A stretch of 64,000 nt of DNA, taken from positions 3,162,001 through 3,226,000 of the forward strand of contig NC_089430.1 in the NCBI RefSeq assembly GCF_026210795.1. Reading direction: 5' to 3'. Below, in pieces: positions 53,401-64,000 of the stretch (the stretch's first letter is position 1; the number at the start of each line of letters is the position of its first letter). The position numbers were made by a program, and so were the translations under genes. This DNA comes from Rhizophagus irregularis (lineage: Eukaryota). The notes below the pieces were generated by a model. That model was not told where the DNA came from. It searched no databases and saw nothing but the letters and a program-made list of their open reading frames with translations.

Positions 53401-55946
53401 AATCCACCATTAATCGCATGATTTCTCCAATGCTTTCTCTTATTCGGCAGAAGGCTGGTTTGGCCTCAGTCACTCCTCTTTCCACACTCTTCACACTATT
53501 GCCTTTCTCTATTCAACAAGCGTTTGGTCGATTTCTATCATCTCATGTGGCTTCGTGGCAGAAAATTTTTTCTCACCCTTCATATAAGCTCTTTGCTAAT
53601 TATATGATTACTTATCTCCAAGGTTTTTTGGACTGTGATGTCTGCCCTTTTACTATTGACCTGGAACCATGGTCCCACACCTTTTCTTTGCGATCACATT
53701 CTTTATTTAATTCTTTATTGTTCTCTTCTCGTTTAAATATCACGTGGTCTTTACTGTTCTGACCTCCGAGGAAAGATTTACGTCCGGCGATTCCACTCCG
53801 GTCTATTTTACCAAAAGATTTATTTACTTCCATGAAAAATGTTCGGAAAAATTTCTGCACTCATTTTCTTGCTCAATTGATTACACCGTGTGGCTCTCGA
53901 CTTCTCTCATGGAAAGATTTACGCTTTCTTAAACGAGTATCGAACAAAGGATCTGTGCCTGCTTGGTTTAATTATTTGTTCAATCTTATTGTTATTCTTA
54001 ATTCACTTTCTTTTTTTATTTTACAACAATTTAGAATTCCTAGTTCTCATACCGTAGCTTCTATTTCTTTTATAGATATTAGTCGAAATTATTGGTTTAA
54101 CCCTCAATGGGCTATTTCTTTTAATCGCAATACTAACTCTTTCCTCGTTGGCCGTGTGATTACTACCTATCCTGCTCCACGTAATGAAGCTCTTATTTCA
54201 CATTGGATTGCGTCATCGGTTGATGATTTACTTTCTGAATTTACTGCATGCCAAGGTTGTGCCTCTGCTATTCCGCGATCCTCTACCTCTAAGACTTTAA
54301 TTAAACGATGTCCCTCTGAAGGATGTTTCTCTTATGTTCTGTTATTAAGTTTGATCCGTTATCCTACGAAACCTCGTACTTATATACATGCGGATACTCG
54401 TTCGGTTTCACTTTCTGCCTCGCTAGGCTATGCCAAATCTCTTTTACTATTTCATCTTTTTGCTCCGGTTCGCTTACCTCCTACGAATGAACTAGTGCTT
54501 AGGATTTCTGATATCCAACTTCCTTCTTCGGTGTTTACCCTTTATATTGATGGTTCCTTTCTTTCTCCTCCTAGTCGTCCGGCATCCTCGATGGCTTATG
54601 CATGGACTGCTATAGATCCTGATGGATTTATTTTGGAATCCCATTATAATATCATCTCTTCCATTTTTCCTTCTGCTTTACGTTCAGAAGTTTTTGCTTT
54701 GTTGCACGGATTGGACTCCCTTCCTCGGAATTCAAAGATTACTGTCGCCACTGATTGTGCTCAATTACTTTCTTTATGGTCTTTATATGTGGATGCTCCT
54801 TTTATTTTCAGAATGCTTAAAGAATTCAACCACCTTTTGTGGTCCTCCATACGCACTATTATGTTGCAAAAGAATCTGGATGTTACCTTGATCAAGGTTC
54901 CTGCTCATGCTGACGACCCTTTGAATAATCATGTAGATGCATTAGCCAAAGCCGCTCATACTGACTCACATCTTTCTCCTTGTCCACCATCGGAATTGAT
55001 GGCTCCTTGCATTTTACAATATAATTCCTTACCTGTGGATATGAATATCCGGAAATTTATTAGAGATATTTTTGACGCCAAAAGTCTTTTAACTCTTGCT
55101 GTATTACCAAGATTTAATTCCTATTCTTCAATTTCTGATATTGATTGGGCTTGCACCAAATTTTGTCTCAATAACAATAAGCATTTTATCTCTCATCGGA
55201 ATGGCCGTTCCGAGTTTTGTGGTTTCCGTATTAAGCTACTTTTAGATATGCTTCCAACGCTTACAACTCTTCAGAGACAAAAGCCTCATCTTTATAATCC
55301 TAGTTGGCTTTGTCCTCAATGTAACTCCTTTCCTGAGACTTTAGACCACTTGTGGACTTGTCCTTATATTTTACCGGAATTTAGCCCTTTACAAACTTTT
55401 AAAACGTTACTATTGGCTCTTCGGACTACTTATCTTGATCATTTCCTTTCCGCGTCATCTTTAATGCCTTTACCGGACTCTTTTGCTGCTGAATTTATGG
55501 CTCTTAATTGTTGGGATTGTGACCCTCCTTCAATTTCCTGCCTGCGACTCACAAGAGGACTTATACCGATATCTTTGACAGAATTTCTTGGAGTTTATTT
55601 TTCTTCACCTACCATATGGTCTATCTTAGATACACCTTTGCACGACTTTCATTTTGACCTTTATGTTCAAATCTGGTTGTGCCGATCCATTTTCTTTCAT
55701 CACTGGGAATTAGCTCAAGGCATTACAAAAAAAATGAAATCGTCAGCTCTTGGGCCTTCTTCTATTCTTCGACCTTCCTCTAACATTCCTCTTGACTCTT
55801 CGACACCTTCCTTGGCGACAGCTTCCTTGGATTCCTGGGTTTCTTGGGTTTCCTCTACTATAATCCGTGGGGGATCTTGGATTTCGCATTTGGATTTTTG
55901 GCACCGCTTAACAGTTCAGCCTCTACTTAAGACTTCTTTTTGGTAA
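50468..55946 (+). pseudogene. LINE ORF2: APE endonuclease, RT, RNase H and C-terminal CCHC finger, with two lesions
   Basis: GDFNA/RLDYIW/TDH (APE), DISKAFD/QGEIISP/FMDD (RT), IDGS/SEV/TDC/VPAH (RNase H) and CPQC...HLWTC. A +1 T in the run at 52740-52745 and a TGA at 53760-53762. Confidence 0.93.
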
Positions 55947-56227
55947 CGGATTGGATCTTAGGACATGCTGGATAGTTGACTCACACTGGCCTTCGGGTAA
56001 AGATGGGGTATGCGTTTCTGTAATAGTTTAGTTTTTCTTTACTTAATTTTATTTTGTTTAGATTTCTTTACTTGTATGAATCGTGAAGCTAGTTCTTTTT
56101 ATTTTTTATGTTTATTTTCTATATTTGATATTAGTAATATTGTTCGATCTGTTTATTGTACTTTTCGTTTAAATTTAATAATAAAAGATAAAGTCATAAG
56201 ACTGTTTGCTCATAATCACCAAATATA

Positions 56228-57187
56228 AGCCTGAGTATGGTGAGGTCGCAGGTTCGATTCCCATGACCACGGAAATAAAAAGAATTTTACTGCGGACGCT
56301 ACAACCAATAGCGTGAAGGTACGGGGGAGTTAGTGTAGTTGGACTGCATCATGGTGAATTAGTGTGTACGGTTAGGCCGCACATTTCAACTAAGGGTCAT
56401 GGTGTCCTTCTAACGTTCCCTATGAGGCCATTGGCATGTGCGCAGTCCTGTCCTTGAGGTCACTACTATACCTTGGGAGGACTTCCTGTCCAGGTGGTCA
56501 CTCTACGATACCACTTGGGGTCAGTAATGGCTAGATGGTCGTTCTAGATGGTAAAGCTGAGGGTGCAATGTCTTAGTGGTAGTTTGACCTTCTGTTAGGT
56601 CATAGACCAACCACGGTGTTCGTGCGCAGAACAGATAGCTTGGTGATTGGGTTCGATTCCCTTACTCTGATGGGGCGCCTGGTTGGTGATTCCTGGTGGT
56701 TGATACCCACCATAAGGGATGATCCTGGGTAACACCTACAAGCTTACTGTTTAGGTGGTCACTACAAAGTATACCACTTGGGGATTACAACTGTACTATC
56801 GGTGGTGGGTAATCGCAGGCTGTAGTGGCCTTTGAGTGAGACTTGTTACCTAATATGGTGGTATGGAAGGGGTCTAGATGTTTGAAGGTTATCTGACGAA
56901 AGTCCTCCGTGAAAGTAGTAGTGGTGAGGGGTTATAATAGTAGCCATTACAGTATCATGCACGGATTAAAGGACGAGTAGGGTGGTGTTCAGCAGATTCG
57001 AAGGCCTTCGGGTCCCTGGGATATGTCCTTGCGTTTCGGTTGTGGTGTTGAATTGTCCCTGTTAAAAGGTGGCGGGGATGGTTACATCATGGCTTAGTGA
57101 GGATGATGCAATGAACGACCTACCTCCATAGCCTTCAATAGAGGGTGCGGAAAGTAGTGGCCACTAAACTTACAAAACACTTGTAAA
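56228..57187 (+). mobile_element. GC-rich tRNA-related SINE-like element, longer copy
   Basis: ATAATCACCAAATATA duplicated at 56212-56227 and 57188-57203. B-boxes at 56251 and 56650, an A-box-like TGTCTTAGTGG at 56569, and no long ORF. Confidence 0.85.
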
Positions 57188-57564
57188 ATAATCACCAAAT
57201 ATATAAAAGATAAAGTCATAAGACTGTTTGCTTATAATCACCAAATATGGACTGTCCCAAATGTGTGATTATAAAGAGAGTTGACTGTATATCAAAAATT
57301 TATATTGAAGTTCAAAATTTTTAATTTTTATGTTTAGCATTTTCAAAGAGCCGATGTTTAACAGTTAATTACTGCAAGTGAGAACTATATACTGTAAAAG
57401 TTTCGTGGCTTTTAGTGTAATATTGGCTTTCTGAGCTAGCTCTCTAATTAAGTTTAATGAATAGCTTCTTTGAAAAATATCACTTTTTATTAATTTTATA
57501 TAATTTTTATATACTTATTACATCATCTGTTTAGAAACTACAAATTTATAAAGTAACAGATGTT

Positions 57565-60489
57565 TTACTTCATAAAAATAGCATTTTTTTCAAGTGCTTT
57601 TTCAATGAAAAGTATCTTGTTTTTTAAGTTAAATATGATGATAGATACCAATTTTTGTTTTCTTTTATAAGCTGTTAATACTCCAAATGCCCGAACTAAC
57701 CACAATAATTCTGATACTGTGAATATTTTTGCAAATGATTCCTCTGCTCCCTCAAGCTGCGTCCATATACGGAGTTGTTCCAGAGCATGAATAGGGTTGG
57801 TTGGCAAGTTCACTTTCTTTATAATCATAGGTTTTTTATTTTCATTTAAAGCTGTAGTAGAATGATTATGATTCATCACCTTTAGACTTTTTCATAAACT
57901 TGCTGTTCCTTTTTTTGGAATATAGTTATTAACACTCCTCCAAGTTTTTTGACGGCTTTTCATATAAATTAAAACACATCTTTCATAAATAAATTTGCAG
58001 TCCTCATTTTCTAATTCAGAATTATTTTCTCCATTTGAAGATTTCAAAATTTGAATAAATGTTTGATTCAAATGTAGGTTGGTTAGAAAACTGTTTTCCA
58101 CATAACGCAAAATATTTGATCCTAATTCGTTATGTTTTTCAAATAATTCGATCACTAAAGATTCTAAACGATACATAAACTGAACAAATTCAGATCTGGA
58201 TATAATAATAGTAGTTTGTAATTTTGTTTCTAATACATCATACTCAACTTTTTCAGTGCAGAGAGATCTAAGTAAAATGCATATAACTGAAAATTTTGGA
58301 TGTGAATTCATTAAATAATCTCTTTTAATCAACTTAAAGAGCATCCAACCGACGATATAAGAAAATTTAGAAGCTTCTACCTGATTCAAGGTAATAATAG
58401 TTTTAGGAATCAAGGTAGGATCTGCTTGCTCTTGTATATTTTTGTTTTTACAATAATCTCCTCTAATTGTTTCTTCTAAAACTTTATTAATAAGAAAATA
58501 AGCAACTAGTCTTTTTGTCATAAGTGAACTTTGAGAATGAGGAATTATGATCTTCTGAAACTGCTGAAACCAAATTCCAGAATAGAGATAATTATTCAAG
58601 CAAGTTTCTAGATAAGAAATCCACATAGTTGTCCAAAGATTTCCCTTTTGTTTAGGCATTGATTTTAAAATAATGTTTTTAATATCATTCTTCCATCTTT
58701 CCAGCAAGAAAATAATTTCATTATTATAGATCAACAAATTAAATAGCTGCTGATGTTCTACTTGAAAAAGTAAAATTCTTTGATTTTACTGATTAATTTC
58801 AGTATTAAAAAATAACGTTAGAATTTCAATTTTTCCCATAAATAAATCATCCATTAAAAGACCTTTGAATATACGTTGTATAAAGGAAGACATATTGGAT
58901 AAATGCTTAGCATGGTCTAATAGGTTAGAATAAATATCATTATTCTTTGTTGATTTTTTCCTATAATCACTATTTTTTTAAAAAAAATTTTATTATACAT
59001 TTTCAGGTACAAATTAATTAACATAATAAGTTAATAACTTATTATCAAGAAAGATAATCCAAATCCATTTTGGTATGATTTGATGTTCTATAATTTACGC
59101 TTTTCATTTTGGCAGTTACTAGAGAAGTAATCTGAAATTTATTTAATGCATACCCATATCCCTTTAGTGTTTGAATGGAAGAATCTCCACCAAGTTGTCA
59201 AATTGTGCCAAATAATCCTTTCAACATATCTTGTGATACTCTGCGAGGTTCAATAGTTACATCTGGATATAAAGTAAAAATATTTTTTACCATATCAAGA
59301 AAACCTTGAATAGACAAGAGTAAATCAAATTGATACTGTGGTGAGATCCAGTTCATTGTGCTGGTTTTTTGATTATCCCTAATTACAAACTAATCCTGAA
59401 TTTCTTTTAAAATTTGAAGACGAGAATCAGCAAGATTTTCCAAAGATTTCTTGCTATGAAATATTTGCCGATAAAGGTATGAATAATTTATAAATTCCTT
59501 AATAAATAAAATTTGTTAATATTTATAATTTTATTTACTAACATTTTCACAATTAATTACCCTTGTTCCTGCAGAGATTTCCTTTAACTCATCAATCATT
59601 TCCATGGCATTCTCAACATCTTTTGACAAAGTTTGCTCAGCAAGATCAACACGCATTTTACTTTATGATGTAAGCCATATGTGACATTTAGTAAGTCTTA
59701 AAATTTTTGCTGTTTTATTTTGGCAACTATAATCATAGACATCCTGAACATGACGCCAACTAACTTCTTTTCCATCTATCATAATTTCTTTAATATTTCG
59801 GCCTTTACCTTCTCCAATGTGACTTTTTGAAAGATTATTTCAAAGCTTCTTAAAAACATGTGTAAGATCACTAATAAAATATTATGGTGTGCTAGTAATT
59901 GGATTAATCGTTTTGTGATTCATCCAGTGTATTTGAGAATTATAAGGTAATCTAATATACAAATTTAGAGATGTGATAGCTACCTTCCACTCCTTTTTAA
60001 TGGATAAAATTGTAACAAAAAATGTCTGTGATTTATCAATATTTGTAATGATTGCCAAATGCCATTTATTATCTTCTGGATTCTTAAATTCACAAGAATC
60101 ATTAATTTTCCAATCCAATTTATTAGGCATTGGTTGTCTTAATAAGTTATGATTAACTTAAAATTTATCAGGAAAAAATGGATCCAGTAAACGTACTGTA
60201 AATTTGCTATGATCAAGGTTCGTTGCCATAATTTTTGCTTTTTCATAATTGTTTTTTCCAATATTAACTTTAACAATATCTTCTAAACACCAGAAAGAAG
60301 TCCATCAGTCAAAACTTTTAATGTGATTCCTATTTCTTCAGCTCCATCACAAATAGATTCACAAGTATGTATACCAAGACATTCAAGATTAGCCGCAAGT
60401 TGAAAAAGTATTTTATTGATTTCATGGGCAGTAAGAGTATTAATTCCATAATATGCTACAGGATATGCAAATTTACAAGTAGCTGAATG
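57565..60489 (-). pseudogene. P-element/THAP9-like transposase pseudogene, 5' part cut off by a later insertion
   Basis: PVAYY...ICDGA, FISDLTHVFKKL*NNL, KMRVDLAEQTLS, RRVSQDMLKGLFGTI*QLGG and C-terminal SYIVGW match P-transposase motifs. Stops, frameshifts and introns are present. Confidence 0.8.
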
Positions 60490-63400
60490 CACAGGTCAAG
60501 AAACGATCTATCTCACACATATCAGGTACCTATATATCGGTGACTAATTAGGTACATATCGGGTATTTTTACATATTAACAACATATCGGGTACCCGATT
60601 TGTCACATAATGCGCAAATTTCAAATATGGTTAAAAAAAAAATGTAAATTACCATGTGTCCGATATCCAAACTATTAGTTACCGATCCGTTATCTAATAT
60701 ATATCGGTCACCGATATTTGTACGATCTTTAAAAAAATTTGTGTGTTTATTTAATATTATTATAGTATAGAAAACAACTACTGATTTCTGCCTATTTGGT
60801 ATTGGCTTTGTATGCTTTGTACTTTGTAAAAATGTAATACAGTGTACGAAAAAAGATAATTGCTATGGAATGCTTGATTCAACTTCATATGGAGTTTTTC
60901 CAAATTATGAATACTTATAAATAGATGATGTTTATTTACTTTTTTAGGAAATATTGAATGATAAAATTATTATATAAGCAAGCCAACTCTCAGTGATCAT
61001 AGTAATACAAGAGTGCGGCCAGAGAATATCTAAACTTCAAACCCGTTATTAAAAGCATATACAAATTATTCAAATTACCACGATTTTCTGAAATCCACTT
61101 ATTGTAATTAAATTTCTCATGGCAAAAAAATAAATACGTTTCCTTTTTTTTCTTTGTAAACTATTACACTGAATTTGCAAAATGGCGTATAAGGTGTATT
61201 GTACTATTACCATATTAGGAATCTTTCCATATAGCCAGGATACCTGAAAAAAAATAAATTTTAAGGAGATATTTTTTTTACCCAAATCGTAATAAAATTG
61301 TAATACAAACTAATTCCATATAAATGACAGATTTTATTTCTCCAACATCTTTAGTTCGATCGTTACTGATAAGGGTGATTATTGGTATCTTTGATTCTAG
61401 CGATCACTTCTGATGGAAGTTTGATAACCGGAGGCGATCGATTCAGTCATATTGAATTTGGATCCTATCTTTCAATTTAATTAATCTTTAAAGAAATACG
61501 TAAGCCAAAATGCCTGCGCTGATCCCTGTCCTTTTGGAGTTTATAGGGTGACGATGAAGATTGGCTATTGCCCAAGTATACTTTTTATTGATTAATTTCT
61601 TTGAGAGACGTTTTCGTCGATGTGCTTTGTATGATAACAATGTTGCCTCTATAATTCCGGGCTGGATTAGAGGAAAAAATCCTGATTGCACCTCACCTAT
61701 TTTGTCGTCAGGCACAGTCTGAAACTTACATTTGTAAACTTTTATTTCTATACCAACTGCATGGGTTTAGGGTATATTTTATTCCCTAACCCTTAGACCT
61801 ACTTGTTAGGTTAGATAGGTTGCATTGCACTCTGTAGCCTACCTTTTTAATGAGTTTTATGGCCATGTTTGCTCATTTAAAAATGAATTAAACAGGTTGC
61901 CATATCATTAAACACATCGCAGCCATTTGGTAATGAAGCTATAATTGTCTAATAAGGGTTCGCCCTGTCTGGCAATTTATGGTGGATTCAAATGGATCAA
62001 ATTACAAACAATAATAATTTAGTCAAATGAAGAATTCCAGGAAGGAACGAGGATGCTTTGTCTAATTGAAAATATTTTTTTATTTTATTTTATTTTTTAT
62101 ATTTTTATTTTTATTTTATTTTATTTTTTTATTTTTTATTTTTCTATTTGTGATTATTCATCGTATCCTATGTTCATTCATAAATGGTATTTTCGAATAT
62201 ACTTATCCTTATTATCATAGCGAGTTTTCTTAAAGCGTACCTGTGGCACCTCATCTGACTTGGGAAGTGTCGCTGAATCTAAAGCAAGGTCCGGTTAATC
62301 CTCAACTTTGGGTTATGAGTTATGATTTAAGCATATAGTAATTTAATTTGACTTACATACCAAAAACAAAAATTTGTGTATATTTTCATTTTAATTTTTT
62401 TGAAAAAATAATATTATCGTATTTAGCTCATTAATCTAATTTATCATATGTTAATATAGAAAATTTTATTAATCAGTTTTTGATATCTTATTAAATACCT
62501 TATCCGTAATTAAATTGTTACTGTAATAAAGTAATCAGTACCGTAACTTGTTTATTAATAAAAAATAAACTGTAATCTATAGCTTTATCAAACCATGATA
62601 TTTTTAATTTAATCAATCAATTTTTAAAAAAATTAAATGAAAATGTTTGAATTCTGATTTTTATTAAAGTCTGATTAGTATTTTTTACGATAAACCTATT
62701 TAGGCAAAAGTGTAATAATTGTAAAATTTATTTTTTTGATTTTTTATTTTTTGATTTAGATTTATTTTTCTTTTTTTTCCTTTGGTTTGTTATTTTTGTT
62801 ATTTACGACATTATTATCAACATCATCATCGGCACCATTGTTGTCTTGAATAATGCTTTCATCAGTATCATAATCATAAACCGGAATATTTTTGGTTAAA
62901 CGGTTGAATTTTTCAAGTGCTTCTCTATTCAAACACCAGCTTGGTGCACCGGCAGGTGGCACACTAGCTGTTTCTATTTTGTCTAGAACTCTTTTACATT
63001 TTAAGTTTGGTGGTTTTTTCCTTAATAACTCTACCGTTGGATCAATACAATCATGTAATAAACGTTGAAGCTTAAATAAAGAAATTAAACTATAAATTAG
63101 TGTTTATACTTTAATAAAATATACATACAGCAGAAGATCTCCATCATCTTTCATAAATATATATCGAATTTTTTTTTGTGACTACTTCTTCTTCATCATT
63201 TTCATCATCTTTATCATCTTCGTCGGTTTCCTCCCATTCTTCGGAATGGTAGCCTGAATCTTTTAAAATTTAAACTAGATCCTTTTCAGGATATCGGCGA
63301 ATGTACTTATCTTTGTTTTGTATTAGGTAATTGGCCGCGTTTGTTCTTCTTTTTTTTTTCTAACAATGTTAATTATAAAGCACAATATAATTAATTTAAA

Positions 63401-64000
63401 AAAAAAACTAAATTTAATAGCTTCTGTTAATTAAATAATTTACATCCTGCATCCTTGAATTCTTCATTGCTCTTCTTTTGTTACGTTTTATTTGGGCTTC
63501 CCCTTGCTTTCTAATATTACTAACGTGATGGCGAGATCGCCAACGTCCATATAACATCTTAAATAAATCACTATTTGAGACTTTATATTTTTTATTTACA
63601 AGTTTGTAAAGTGGTGGAAGCAACTTGGTGACTATGTTATCTTTTTACTCAGCCCATGTGAGCTCATAGTTAATACTGTATACGTCTTTTAGCTCAGAGT
63701 CACTCCAAATAAACACTTCTTTCTGTAAAATAATAGATAAATGTAAATAGAATAAAAGCAGAAATAATATATAAAATAATCAAATACTTGCTTTTATCGT
63801 GTTATAAGAACTTTTAGAAAAGGAAGAAGAAGAAGAAGAGGAGGAGGAGGAGGAGGAGGAGGATGATGATGATGATTCATCACTAGATGATACATTATCA
63901 CCATTCATTGTTACGAAGTATAAAATCTTTTTGTTATTTTGTAAAATAAAAAAATCCCATATAAAGTAGAGATTTCAGAACGCGAGAAAAGTTGATTGTG
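60490..64000. mobile_element. Left end of a larger CACAGG-terminus (CACTA/CMC-like) element; right end not in window
   Basis: CACAGGTCAAGAAA begins exactly where the P-like coding sequence breaks. ATATCGG(G)T/ACCGAT subterminal repeats run to about 60720. The extent beyond that is inferred. Confidence 0.55.
62762..63930 (-). pseudogene. Degenerate multi-exon hypothetical gene, probably transposon accessory
   Basis: Exon fragments LYGRWRSRH, YHSEEWEETDEDD and PPAGAPSWCLN, a poly-Ser (TCC/TCT/TCA)n tract, and in-frame stops. Confidence 0.5.

Larger units (their letters stand above)
48218..56211 (+). mobile_element. Near-intact full-length non-LTR retrotransposon (LINE) with RNase H
   Basis: 5' UTR, ORF1, ORF2 and a T-rich 3' UTR. 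Target TTATAATCACCAAATATGGA is duplicated at 48198-48217 and 57232-57251. Confidence 0.95.
46493..57287. mobile_element. CAGTCAACTC element copy 2, expanded to 10.8 kb by retro-insertions
   Basis: Segments 46493-46788, 47573-48217 and 57232-57287 reconstitute the 15139-16252 element. Confidence 0.92.

Noticed and set aside
48245..54891. Short overlapping and antisense ORFs within the LINE
   Set aside because: They are shadow frames of ORF1 and ORF2 with no recognisable motifs.
56240..56670. Functional tRNA genes
   Set aside because: B-boxes are present but there is no canonical anticodon arm, and the motifs lie in TSD-flanked repeats.
56890..56920. Hammerhead core (CTGACGA...GAAA) in the SINE-like element
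   Set aside because: There is no stem II, and the sister copy reads CTGTCGA, which breaks the core.
46789..57187. Inverted SINE pair as terminal repeats of a composite DIRS-like element around the LINE
   Set aside because: Each copy has its own TSD, the tails differ, and host MITE sequence separates the left copy from the LINE. They are independent insertions.

Overview
This is a very AT-rich, intron-containing eukaryotic window. Gene style and repeat content suggest an arbuscular mycorrhizal (Glomeromycotina, Rhizophagus-like) fungus, which is inference. Only one intact host gene is evident: a 9-exon three-repeat Myb transcription factor (25565-27993, -) in a long transposon-poor non-coding domain. 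Both flanks are dense, nested mobile-element graveyards. They hold a RAG1/Transib-like pseudogene, a complete MULE/FAR1 element with 9-bp TSD, an old and a near-intact RNase H-bearing non-LTR retrotransposon, a P-element-like transposase pseudogene, and about 20 MITE-type elements. The most unusual observations are: (1) one 15-20 bp target re-used serially by a LINE, a GC-rich SINE-like element and a 30-bp fragment; (2) a long modular tRNA-derived structured retro-element with swapped 3' tails; (3) a ~35-bp palindromic recombinase-like site shared by otherwise unrelated MITE families; (4) a TSD-flanked ~250-nt rod-like RNA fold; (5) a tandem Tudor/Agenet-like insertion inside a P-element transposase. 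All calls are by eye, with no database searches.
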